DNA of 64,000 nt, taken from positions 124,001 to 188,000 of the IMG/VR virus record IMGVR_UViG_3300044712_001937. One strand, written 5' to 3'. A program made the position numbers and the translations under genes. This document shows, piece by piece, positions 19,133 through 28,409 of this stretch. Positions within the stretch are counted from its first letter, which is position 1. Every line of letters starts with the position of its first letter. A model generated the notes under the pieces. That model did not search any database. It was given only the letters and a program-made list of their open reading frames with translations, and was not told the origin of the DNA.

Positions 19133-19160
19133 AAACTATTAACAAATAAAACCAAAAATT

Positions 19161-19358
19161 ATGCTTTATTGTAATTATTCTAATGAAATATCACGTGCTC
19201 GTAGGTTGATTAACATTTCAATCGATAGATTGATGTTTATAAAAAACAGATTTAGTGGTAATAACCAAAATCACAAGGATATTTTAGTTAAAACAGATAA
19301 ATTATTAGTTGAATATCAGGAATTGGATAAGGAGGTGAAAAAGCATGAATATCATTAG
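19161..19358 (+). CDS. Hypothetical protein
   Basis: ORF. Confidence 0.5.
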   Translation: MLYCNYSNEISRARRLINISIDRLMFIKNRFSGNNQNHKDILVKTDKLLVEYQELDKEVKKHEYH

Positions 19359-19623
19359 TATTGAGAATACAAAAAGATTTAATAGTTTTTCAAATAAAGT
19401 TGAAATATCTTCAAATTATAAATATAGTGATAATAAAAATTATTTACTTATACTTAATGATGATGATATTAACAATGATAATTGTATTATTAAATTAAGA
19501 GGATATTCTATATCTTGTTTATTGATTCCAAAAAGATATCGTTTTACTTTTTTTGATGAAACACCTATTGGTAAAATAATAAGACGTAATTTAACTGAAG
19601 ATTTTTCAATAAGCTATTACTAA
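19345..19623 (+). CDS. Hypothetical protein
   Basis: ORF. Confidence 0.5.
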   Translation: MNIISIENTKRFNSFSNKVEISSNYKYSDNKNYLLILNDDDINNDNCIIKLRGYSISCLLIPKRYRFTFFDETPIGKIIRRNLTEDFSISYY

Positions 19624-19633
19624 TAGCTTATTT

Positions 19634-19707
19634 GCTCCTGTAGTTCAATGGATAGAATGCTTGGTTTCGACCCAAATGATGCGAGTTCAAGTCTTGTCGG
19701 GAGTACT
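19634..19707 (+). tRNA. tRNA-Arg(TCG)
   Basis: ttgg-tttcgac-ccaa. Confidence 0.85.
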
Positions 19708-19721
19708 AAAAAAAAAGAATT

Positions 19722-19880
19722 ATGGCAACAAAAATAAGAGAAACTCCAATTTTATATGGAAAAGATGCTAAAAGATTTCTTGAAGCAATTGCTAATCCTA
19801 AAAAAATTTCAAAAGAAGAATTGGAGAGAATTAAAAAAAATTACGAAGAAATAAAAGGTATATCTAAAGGTATATTTTAA
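19722..19880 (+). CDS. Small protein resembling antitoxins of GNAT-toxin pairs
   Basis: MATKIRETPILYGKDAKRFLEAIANPKK (52 aa; not in ORF track). Confidence 0.55.
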   Translation: MATKIRETPILYGKDAKRFLEAIANPKKISKEELERIKKNYEEIKGISKGIF

Positions 19881-19883
19881 TAT

Positions 19884-19962
19884 GCATCTGTAGCTCAATT
19901 GGATTAGAGCACCTGTCTACGAAACAGGAGGTTTAAGGGTTCGAATCCCTTCAGATGTACTA
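19884..19962 (+). tRNA. tRNA-Arg(ACG)
   Basis: cctgt-ctacgaa-acagg. Confidence 0.92.
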
Positions 19963-20030
19963 ATTTTAATTAAAATATGAAGAGAACTAATACATCGTAA
20001 ATCAGGTTTCTTACAACTGATTTATGAATT

Positions 20031-20228
20031 ATGGAAAATTCCAATTTAAGTAAGAACCCGACCAAATATTGGTTGGTTGAACTCACGCTTACGAGTGGTG
20101 AAGTTCTCGAATTTTATGTTAAAGCTAAAACACAATTTGATGCTTATGAAAAAGCTGAAGAATATATGTTTTGGCTCGATAACAAAAAATTAAAAAATAA
20201 ATTAAAAGAGTTTAGGCTTATGCCTTAA
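20031..20228 (+). CDS. Hypothetical protein
   Basis: ORF. Confidence 0.55.
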   Translation: MENSNLSKNPTKYWLVELTLTSGEVLEFYVKAKTQFDAYEKAEEYMFWLDNKKLKNKLKEFRLMP

Positions 20229-20269
20229 AAAATGAGTTTTGATGGTATCTCGCCATGAAAAACCATTAC

Positions 20270-20326
20270 ATACGGGATGTAGATATTGGTGAACTGAAAC
20301 ATCTAAGTAATCAACGAGTCCCGTAT
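20270..20326 (+). ncRNA. Hairpin presenting a 23S rRNA helix-11 sequence
   Basis: GAACTGAAACATCTAAGTA (20291-20309) inside atacgggat/gtcccgtat stem. Confidence 0.65.
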
Positions 20327-20330
20327 TAAT

Positions 20331-20404
20331 GTGGGTAACGCATAAATGGTGGTGCACCAGCTTGCCATGCTGGAATAGAGTCGGTTCAATTCCGATTACC
20401 CACT
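20331..20404 (+). tRNA. tRNA-Gly(GCC)
   Basis: ccagc-ttgccat-gctgg; U73. Confidence 0.85.
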
Positions 20405-20462
20405 CTACATTTCGAAAATATTTTTTAGCTTTTTATAGTATTTATATGAAAAATATAATACT

Positions 20463-21176
20463 ATGGAAAAATGGAATGAAAATTCGATAAATTTATTACT
20501 TAAATATTTTAATGAAAATAAATCATATGAAGAAATAGCATTATTATTAAATCGAACATATTCTTCAATAAAAAATAAATTAAATAAACTTGGGTATAAA
20601 TTTAGAGATGTTAATCCTGCAATAATTTCTTATAAATGTGAAAATTGTGGAAATGAATTTAATGATAAAACTTCTGTTGAACGAAGATTTTGTTCAAATT
20701 CATGCGCAGCAAAAATTAATAATAAATTAAGGCATAAAATAAGTGATAAAAAATGTTTAAATTGTAATAAAATATTACATTCACATCAAAATAAATATTG
20801 TTCAAATAATTGTTGTACTGAATATCATTGGAAACAAACAATAACTAAAATCGAAAATGGCGATACATCATTTAATGAAAGAATATATAAAAAATATTTA
20901 ATTCATAAACATGGAAACAAATGTATGAAATGTGGTTGGAATGAAATTAATCCTGTAACTAAATTAGTTCCAATACAACTTGAACATAAAGATGGAAATT
21001 CTGATAACCATAATTTAAATAATTTAGAATTATTATGTCCTAATTGTCATTCACTAACTCCAACATTTGGTGCATTAAATAAAGGAAATGGACGTGATGC
21101 ATTAAAAAAGAAAAAATTAATATTCAAAGAAATAAAGTGTGATAATACATGGCAAAGGTCTACCCCGTCACACTAA
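20463..21176 (+). CDS. HNH endonuclease with Zn-finger repeats
   Basis: CENCG..FCSNSC; CMKCG...LEHKDGN..N...LLCPNCH. Confidence 0.88.
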   Translation: MEKWNENSINLLLKYFNENKSYEEIALLLNRTYSSIKNKLNKLGYKFRDVNPAIISYKCENCGNEFNDKTSVERRFCSNSCAAKINNKLRHKISDKKCLNCNKILHSHQNKYCSNNCCTEYHWKQTITKIENGDTSFNERIYKKYLIHKHGNKCMKCGWNEINPVTKLVPIQLEHKDGNSDNHNLNNLELLCPNCHSLTPTFGALNKGNGRDALKKKKLIFKEIKCDNTWQRSTPSH

Positions 21177-21179
21177 AAT

Positions 21180-22068
21180 AAATAACACAGAGGATTCATC
21201 GCTGTAGCAATACAGAGGAAGTTCAACACATCTCCGCAAAAAGTGGGAGGCTCAACGTTAATCGGAGTCGTTAATACCACTGAGGATGCAAGCCATACAG
21301 ATTTAGACGGTGTGCGGGTCTATGATAATCGGGTTGGTGCTTAGATAAATGATGAATTTAAGTTCTTTGATTTTTTATTTCATTATTTATTTTTTATAGT
21401 ATTTATATTTATAATTGAATATTATGAAAAATAAAATTTATTATGTGTATCAATTAATTTCTTCAAATGATGAAATTTTTTACATTGGAAAAGGTTCTGG
21501 TAATAGAATGTATCAGCATGTTAGTATTGCTATGGGTAAATCAATTAGTAGAACAAAAAATCTTAAACTATATAATAAAATAAAGAAAATTATTGATAGT
21601 GGTGGATTTATTAAATGTGAAATTATTTTTAAAAGTGAAAATGAAAATGATTGTTTTAATGAAGAAATAAGACTTATAGAAAAAATAGGTCTTATTAATT
21701 TATGTAATTTAACTATTGGTGGTGAAGGTACTTCGGGATATAAATTATCTGAAGAAACTAAATTAAAAATGTCTTTAGCTAAAAAAGATAAAAAAAGAGA
21801 AAATATAAGTAAAATTCATAAAGAAAATTTATTAAAAAATCCTCAAATTTTTAAAATTGGTCATGATGGTTATTGGAATGGTAAAACATTATCTGAAGAA
21901 ACTAAATTAAAAATGTCTTTAGCTAAAAAAGGTCGTAAATTTTCAAAAGAACATAAAGAAAAAATATCGCAATCATTAAAAGGACGAGAACTTTCAGAAA
22001 CACATAAAAATAATATTAAAAAATCAAAGACTTATTAAAACAGAAAGTTGACTACGCTCATGTTATTT
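21180..22068 (+). ncRNA. rnpB: Minimal RNase P RNA interrupted by a homing-endonuclease insert
   Basis: P1 aaataaca/tgttattt; P2 attcatc/gatgaat; P3 ctgta-gcaa-tacag; GAGGAAGUUCAAC pairing with AACAGAAA-GUUGACU (P4 with bulged U); tagataaat before the P2 3' strand. Confidence 0.85.
21424..22038 (+). CDS. GIY-YIG homing endonuclease with NUMOD3 repeats, inside rnpB
   Basis: YYVYQL...FYIGKGSGNR...NLTIGGEG; LSEETKLKMS twice. Confidence 0.88.
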   Translation: MKNKIYYVYQLISSNDEIFYIGKGSGNRMYQHVSIAMGKSISRTKNLKLYNKIKKIIDSGGFIKCEIIFKSENENDCFNEEIRLIEKIGLINLCNLTIGGEGTSGYKLSEETKLKMSLAKKDKKRENISKIHKENLLKNPQIFKIGHDGYWNGKTLSEETKLKMSLAKKGRKFSKEHKEKISQSLKGRELSETHKNNIKKSKTY

Positions 22069-22104
22069 ATTTTTATATATTTGTAGAAACTAAAAATTCC
22101 CTAC

Positions 22105-22377
22105 ATGAAGAAAATAATTTCTGTAAATGAAGAATATGACTATTATAATGGAAAGGTTGTGGCTTTTAAAGAAGACGATTCTATTTACATATATGCTTGC
22201 TATCATTATAGAGCATCAGAATATGGATTTTTCGATATATGTAATGATAAATCTCCACGTTATTTAGCTTATACAATAAATTCAATAAGACATGCATTAG
22301 AATGTCATGGTAATATATATGAATTTGATTCATTTAATGAATTCATAGAAAAAGCAAATGAAATATTTAATAATTAA
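22105..22377 (+). CDS. Hypothetical protein
   Basis: ORF after TATATTTG. Confidence 0.6.
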   Translation: MKKIISVNEEYDYYNGKVVAFKEDDSIYIYACYHYRASEYGFFDICNDKSPRYLAYTINSIRHALECHGNIYEFDSFNEFIEKANEIFNN

Positions 22378-22382
22378 TTAAT

Positions 22383-22937
22383 ATGCGTATCTCTACTCAA
22401 GACAAAAATGGAAATTGGATTCCAGCAACTCCACTACAATTAATGTGTGAAATAGAAAATTGTGATGTTACAGATAATAAAATTGGTGATATTCTTAAAG
22501 AATATTTTAGAAATCCAGAAGAATCTGATGGTTCAGATTGGGATTCAGAACCAATTATTCTATGTGAAAAACATAGTGCAAATCATTTAAAATGTCCTAA
22601 AAATTTGGAAGATGTATTTGAATGGTTATTAAAAATAACATCAGATAAAAATGATTTAAATAAATGGCTTAAATTACCTGAAGATGATGCTATTATTTCA
22701 GTACATCATACTATTGGAATGGCTATTAGAAATGAATTAGGTTTATGGCATAATGGAACTATTGTACCATTTTTTCATAATTTAGGTATATTTCATGCTG
22801 ATGATATGAGTACAATTATTTTAACTTCATTTCATAGGTCAAAAAATAATATTGATATTAAACTTGAAGAACAAGTTAAACATTATATAGATTATTGGGA
22901 AAAAGAAAATCCTGACGTTAATAAAGGTATATTATAA
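22383..22937 (+). CDS. Hypothetical protein (DUF6794-like C-terminus)
   Basis: HHTIGMAIRNELGLW...GIFHADDMSTIIL. Confidence 0.7.
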   Translation: MRISTQDKNGNWIPATPLQLMCEIENCDVTDNKIGDILKEYFRNPEESDGSDWDSEPIILCEKHSANHLKCPKNLEDVFEWLLKITSDKNDLNKWLKLPEDDAIISVHHTIGMAIRNELGLWHNGTIVPFFHNLGIFHADDMSTIILTSFHRSKNNIDIKLEEQVKHYIDYWEKENPDVNKGIL

Positions 22938-22984
22938 AAAAATCACATATTCTATATTATAGTATTTATAGAAAAATATTTATT

Positions 22985-23170
22985 ATGTGGATATATGAAA
23001 GAATTGAAGAAGAGTTTAATACATTGCCTGAATTAAAAAAGAGATTAAAAAAAATAGGCGAAGATGGCTGGGAGATTACATCGTATAATGAAAGTAATGA
23101 AAAATCTAAAATAAAAATCATTGTTTTAGTTAAAAAAGAAGAAATTAAAATAGAAAAAAAAGTTTTATAA
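22985..23170 (+). CDS. Small DUF4177-like protein
   Basis: LKKIGEDGWEI. Confidence 0.55.
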   Translation: MWIYERIEEEFNTLPELKKRLKKIGEDGWEITSYNESNEKSKIKIIVLVKKEEIKIEKKVL

Positions 23171-23171
23171 C

Positions 23172-23582
23172 ATGCAATTACTTGATGAAATTAAGAAAAT
23201 TATAAAAAAATATGAATTAAATCCTAAATTAATTCCAGAAGAATACCCAGATGTTTATCTTTATATTAGAATAAATCCGGAAGTTGAAAATATGTTTAAA
23301 TCATTAAAAAACGATTCATATTTTATAAATAAATATGAAAAGCATATAGGAAAAGGACATTACGGATTTTCTATTGGTCAACCAATAATCCCAAGTTGGA
23401 ATGAAGTTCTTGATGAAATAATTGAACTTTGTATAAAAAAAGACCCGAATTTTATAATAAAACAAATCAAAATGAAATTTGGCTTTATATGTTTTTATAC
23501 TGAAAGTGATGTAATTTCTGATTTAAATGAAATAGAAGCACTTATAACAAACACATTATTTAATATTAAATTTAAATATTAA
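23172..23582 (+). CDS. Hypothetical phage protein
   Basis: QIKMKFG..CFY motif. Confidence 0.6.
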   Translation: MQLLDEIKKIIKKYELNPKLIPEEYPDVYLYIRINPEVENMFKSLKNDSYFINKYEKHIGKGHYGFSIGQPIIPSWNEVLDEIIELCIKKDPNFIIKQIKMKFGFICFYTESDVISDLNEIEALITNTLFNIKFKY

Positions 23583-23615
23583 TCTGCAACATTATAATAA
23601 AATCTTCGTATTATT

Positions 23616-23885
23616 GTGAAAGATTTCGAATTATTAAAACGAACATATCCTGTATCAGAATATGACCGATATTGTGATGGGTATGATTTTATTATAAAAA
23701 ATAGTACACCTGAAGAACGACAGGATTGGAAGATTAAGGATAACGAAATCAAACGAATAATTAAAGCTGGTGAAAAATATATTTATCAAGTAGCTAAAGA
23801 AGGAAGAGAATTTAAAACAATGTGTATGTGTTTTGAGAATTATGCTATTATTCGGAAAAAAATATTTAAATTTGAAGATTATTAA
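23616..23885 (+). CDS. Hypothetical protein
   Basis: ORF directly after GCAAC-N16-CGTA promoter. Confidence 0.6.
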   Translation: MKDFELLKRTYPVSEYDRYCDGYDFIIKNSTPEERQDWKIKDNEIKRIIKAGEKYIYQVAKEGREFKTMCMCFENYAIIRKKIFKFEDY

Positions 23886-24035
23886 ATATAAAACATATGA
23901 ATTTATTAGATTTTTTAGATAAACAAAGTGATGGTAGATTAATATTAATTGGAGTAGTATTTGTTTTTGTAGTTGCTATTATTTTTGAAGGTATCGCTGA
24001 AATAATAAGATATCTTAAAAAGTAATATTTTTATT

Positions 24036-24111
24036 GGCTCTATAGCTCAATTGGTCAGAGTGACAGTCTCTAAAACTGGAGGTTATGGGTTCGAACCCCA
24101 TTAGAGCCACA
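24036..24111 (+). tRNA. Amber suppressor tRNA (anticodon CTA)
   Basis: ggctcta/tagagcc; cagt-ct-cta-aa-actg; canonical D and T arms; A73. Confidence 0.9.
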
Positions 24112-24133
24112 ATATTAACTAAAAACTAAATAA

Positions 24134-25036
24134 ATGAAAGAAATTATTCTTGACAATTCATTAACACCTGCAGTTGATTATAAATTCAATAACTTTAATC
24201 CTGAATATGCATTTAATGATTGTAAAGGTTTTAAAGTTGTCACTACTTTAGAATCTGAAATATTTCATCGTAATTATTTAACATATCTTGAATTATGTTG
24301 GAGAAAACATTATGGAATAGTTATTTCACCCACAATTTTATGGAATTTAGTTTTAAATAATTTTGCACATCAAGTTAATAAAACTCCCGAAAAATTCCGA
24401 AAATATTTTACTGAATCTGAAGAAAAACAAGAAATTATTGTACAACAAGGTGGAAATTTAATTGATGTAAATTTAATTATTTCAGAAATTACATCTAAAA
24501 TTCCTTCTAATATTATGGAAAATTTCTTTCCTAAATATACTACAGATACTGAAAAATCAAAAATTGCTAATTACACTGCATTTCTCGACATGGTTAGTCC
24601 ATATTATAACTATGGAATGTTATTATGTGGTATTCCTAAAATTAAAATATTAGGAGAAAAAAGCGATTGGTTAACTATGATGTATAATCTTGGCGCAATT
24701 GTTGCACAAATCCCGGAATTTGAAGAATATGTATTTAAAGTAACATCTATAATTGCTGATATTATCTATGAAAATATTGACTACAGTAAATTTTTTACTT
24801 TAGAAAGATGTGGTTCAGGAAGTCAAGTAATGGTATCTGGTTGGATTATCAATTTTTTTATTGAAATACCCCGTATTGCATATCCTGAAAACTTCATTTC
24901 TTGTGTTTCAAAAATAGATTATAAATGCTATAATGATGGTAATGATTATCGTCTTTATGCAGGATTATTCACTTCAATTATTGAAGATGGTTATCTTATT
25001 CCGGCATTTGATAATGTTTACTACAAAAAAATATAA
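24134..25036 (+). CDS. DUF4419-like protein
   Basis: HYGIVISPT.LW; CGIPKIKILGEKSDW; CGSG...SGWI. Confidence 0.75.
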   Translation: MKEIILDNSLTPAVDYKFNNFNPEYAFNDCKGFKVVTTLESEIFHRNYLTYLELCWRKHYGIVISPTILWNLVLNNFAHQVNKTPEKFRKYFTESEEKQEIIVQQGGNLIDVNLIISEITSKIPSNIMENFFPKYTTDTEKSKIANYTAFLDMVSPYYNYGMLLCGIPKIKILGEKSDWLTMMYNLGAIVAQIPEFEEYVFKVTSIIADIIYENIDYSKFFTLERCGSGSQVMVSGWIINFFIEIPRIAYPENFISCVSKIDYKCYNDGNDYRLYAGLFTSIIEDGYLIPAFDNVYYKKI

Positions 25037-25038
25037 AT

Positions 25039-25236
25039 ATGTTGTATATATTAATATTATTAATTTGGATTTTTTTATTAGTAAGTTATTTATTCATTTT
25101 TATTGTTAAATTTTTATGGAATTTTAAAATTTATACTTGGAAGAAACATTTTGATAATGATAATCCTATCGTTTCATTAAAAGAATTAATTTCAGAACTT
25201 ACAAAAGAAAAAAAAGATGATGAAGAGGAATATTAA
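25039..25236 (+). CDS. Small membrane protein
   Basis: N-terminal TM helix. Confidence 0.5.
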   Translation: MLYILILLIWIFLLVSYLFIFIVKFLWNFKIYTWKKHFDNDNPIVSLKELISELTKEKKDDEEEY

Positions 25237-25247
25237 TTTATTCCTCT

Positions 25248-26342
25248 TTATTGTTCATTTATCAAAATATTAAATTGATTTTCAGGAATTGGTTGTCCGG
25301 TATCGACATATTGATGAAGTAAAGAAAAACCACCTTTATCATTCTTAAATTGCCATAAATATTTAAATTGTTCATCGCCTAATAAATGTCCACGTCCTAT
25401 ATATTTTGATTTTTCTTCAAAAGTTAACTCTTTAAACCATTCTAAATCTTCATTTCGTGTACCTAATTTTTCAGTTTCAACTTTTTCTTCAGGTGTTTTA
25501 GGTTTATTAATAAATAATTTATCAGTTGGAACTCCTTTACTTTGTAAATATTTTAAATAACCATTAACGTCATTTCCAAACTGAGCTATTTTTCCTGTTG
25601 AATTATTTGCATCAGTTAATTCAATTCCATGCTGTGTTGCATCCACTACAACAATATGTAAAGGGTCACTTAAATCACGAGTTTCATCAATAACATAATG
25701 GAAAGTACTGGTTTTAGTATCACGATAACTTTGCCACATAGTATTTGCAGGTTGACCTATACAAAATCCATAATGTTTACCAGTTAAAGCTCCTGAAGTG
25801 TAATGAATACATTTCCCAACATCATTACCATCATATATTTTTATACCATTCCCTTCCCAAATAGGTTTTTCGTTAGTATCTACAGTTACTTTTCCCTTCC
25901 ATTCTGCATAACCTTTAGACATTTGTTCTAAACCATGAATGAATTCAGATAATCTTAAATAATTATTAAAAGTTTTATTATTGACAATATATCCACCTGA
26001 ATTACTTAATTGAGGAACATTAATTCTGTTCGAGTTAATTAATTCAGACATAGATGCAGTTAAATCTAACAAATTATTCATTCCATTTTCTCCAGCTTCA
26101 AGATAAGCTTTAGCCAATATTGGGATTAATACTTGATTTCTTGATGTATCACTACCTTTAATACGATTTACTACATTAAACGCAATATTATCAGCAACAT
26201 TACCTTTTCTTAAAATTGCCAAAGCTTGTTGTTCGGTCTGTTTTGATTCTAATAAAGCATTTACATTTTCAAGAATAACCTTTTTATCCTTTTTATTATT
26301 ATATTCAGTTAAATACAATATTTTTTTAAGTTTATCGTCCAT
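25248..26342 (-). CDS. Hypothetical jumbo-phage protein
   Basis: 364-aa ORF; YGFCIG...MWQSYR motif. Confidence 0.75.
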   Translation of the reverse strand: MDDKLKKILYLTEYNNKKDKKVILENVNALLESKQTEQQALAILRKGNVADNIAFNVVNRIKGSDTSRNQVLIPILAKAYLEAGENGMNNLLDLTASMSELINSNRINVPQLSNSGGYIVNNKTFNNYLRLSEFIHGLEQMSKGYAEWKGKVTVDTNEKPIWEGNGIKIYDGNDVGKCIHYTSGALTGKHYGFCIGQPANTMWQSYRDTKTSTFHYVIDETRDLSDPLHIVVVDATQHGIELTDANNSTGKIAQFGNDVNGYLKYLQSKGVPTDKLFINKPKTPEEKVETEKLGTRNEDLEWFKELTFEEKSKYIGRGHLLGDEQFKYLWQFKNDKGGFSLLHQYVDTGQPIPENQFNILINEQ

Positions 26343-27600
26343 TTTTATTCTCCCTCATACTTTGTATTTCTGGTTGACCTATATAATTTCTTAAATTTTT
26401 AGCTAAAATCCAACCAGTTCGTTTTTTTCCATCTTTATAAATTAAATCAATTTTCAATGATAATTCATTATCTTCAACATCATATTTAAATTCAATGATA
26501 TTAATTGTTTTATCTGGTTGTTGATGTGTGGCAATAATACCTTTTTCATTATTATTAACAAATTTAAATTGAGAAATATATGCTTGTAATTCTTGATATC
26601 CTTTAATATAAGAAAAATATTCACTATTTTCATCATTAAATCCATCAATAATATCATCTAATTTATTACCTACAACTCTGTTTAATTCAGTTAAATCCAT
26701 ATGATTATATCCTTCTTCGCTAATTTTATCAGCACTAAGTTCATTATTTTCACCAATAATATCTAAAAATTGGTCAAACGTTTCAATATTTTTCAAATCA
26801 TAATTGTAAATATATGGTAGAATTTTATCTAAGAAAATGAATGTTTCATCATCATCTATTTCCATAGGAAATGATTTTAATTGGTTAATAGCAGCTTCTT
26901 TTTCAGCTTCACCTTTTGATTCACCATATTCAGACATATAAATATCATTAATATCATCTAAATTATTCTCAGCTAAAAATTCTGTTAATTTACCTTCATC
27001 TTTAAATGAATCGATAACTTCATCTGTAGCACCCATAATTTTTGCAATTTCTTTTATTTTATTCATATTAACTGCTGATATTGAATTTTGCATATAATCC
27101 AATTCACTACTATCTACATCAGAATTTGAATTATAATATGAAGCATAACCATTTACATAATCATAATCATATTCAAGGTCTGTAGCATTTAATATAGCTT
27201 GTTTATCGGTATCAATATTAATCCAATGACCTTTATAATTATCAACAATATTAATATCTTTAATATTGGTTTTACCATATTCACTATTTTTTATGAAATT
27301 AAATAATTCTTCAGCATTTCCTGAATTTTCATAATTTAATAAGATTCTTAACAGTCCTCCACTATTACTATTATATGCTTCAATATATGGTAAGACATAT
27401 TGACGTACTTTTTCATCAACATTTGTATTATAAATTTCATATTGTTCACCAATATTTAATTTACTTAAATCTAATATTTTATTTTCTATAGCAAATTTGC
27501 TAAATTCATATGGTCTATATTTATATCGTTGACTTTGAGAAGCGGCTATTGCTCTTTTTCGATAATATGTAGTTACTAATTCTCTTTGTGCTTTATCCAT
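26332..27600 (-). CDS. Hypothetical acidic protein
   Basis: 422-aa ORF after AGTATTTATA on minus strand. Confidence 0.75.
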   Translation of the reverse strand: MDKAQRELVTTYYRKRAIAASQSQRYKYRPYEFSKFAIENKILDLSKLNIGEQYEIYNTNVDEKVRQYVLPYIEAYNSNSGGLLRILLNYENSGNAEELFNFIKNSEYGKTNIKDINIVDNYKGHWINIDTDKQAILNATDLEYDYDYVNGYASYYNSNSDVDSSELDYMQNSISAVNMNKIKEIAKIMGATDEVIDSFKDEGKLTEFLAENNLDDINDIYMSEYGESKGEAEKEAAINQLKSFPMEIDDDETFIFLDKILPYIYNYDLKNIETFDQFLDIIGENNELSADKISEEGYNHMDLTELNRVVGNKLDDIIDGFNDENSEYFSYIKGYQELQAYISQFKFVNNNEKGIIATHQQPDKTINIIEFKYDVEDNELSLKIDLIYKDGKKRTGWILAKNLRNYIGQPEIQSMRENKNGR

Positions 27601-27787
27601 ATTTATGGTAAATTTATTATAAATACTTATTTAACTTTGTTTTAAATTCTAATAGTATGAAAATTATAATTTATGTTATAAAACATATAAATTTATTTGT
27701 TTTATAAAAAAAGAATGTGCAAATTTGTAGCTCAATAGTATTTATACTTTTAAAAGTATTTTAATAAATTAATTTAAATTAAAAGTC

Positions 27788-28117
27788 ATGAAATAGGTAA
27801 AATTAGTAACAGTAACTCGAAAAGACTTAAACGCAGGGTATCAAGTTGCCCAAAGTATTCATGCTGCAACTACATTTGCAGTTAAATTTCCAAACCATTT
27901 CCTAAATTGGTTTGAATCTTCAAATTACGTCATATCGTTATCAGCCGATAACGAAGAACATCTCAAAAACATATATAATAAATTAGTTTCTAATGGAGCT
28001 AATGTTGTGGCATTTACTGAACCAGACATTAACGACCAATTAACATCTATTTGTTTTTATGGAACTCCGGAGATGCGTAAATTAACTCAAAATTTAGATT
28101 TAACACTTAAGAATTAA
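27788..28117 (+). CDS. pth2: Peptidyl-tRNA hydrolase (Pth2/PTRHD1-like) with in-frame TAG at codon 3
   Basis: ATG AAA TAG then VKLVTVTRKDLNAGYQVAQSIHAA...NYVISLS..NEEHL...FTEPDINDQLTSIC; next in-frame ATG is near the C-terminus. Confidence 0.8.
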
Positions 28118-28122
28118 TCGTT

Positions 28123-28407
28123 ATGGAAACATATAGAGTTGAATTTAAATTATATCAATACAATAGTGGTGCTGCCGATAATGGTACATTTACTAAAGGT
28201 ATTAATTGCTCTACCTTGGAAGAAGCTAAATCAATTAAAACTAAAATTGATAAAACTTATATTAATTATGAGTTTGATGATAACCTTTTAGAAGGTGATA
28301 ATGATGCTATATGGGTTAATGAATTAATATATAAATTAACTCCTTGTGGTGGATTTTTAAAAAGTATTGCAGAAATTTATTTAATAAGTAAAACAAAAAT
28401 TGAATAA
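28123..28407 (+). CDS. Hypothetical protein
   Basis: ORF. Confidence 0.6.
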   Translation: METYRVEFKLYQYNSGAADNGTFTKGINCSTLEEAKSIKTKIDKTYINYEFDDNLLEGDNDAIWVNELIYKLTPCGGFLKSIAEIYLISKTKIE

Positions 28408-28409
28408 TT

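Noticed and set aside
20291-20309. A true rRNA gene or host contamination
   Set aside because: Only 19 nt match; flanks are not rRNA and sit seamlessly in the tRNA array.
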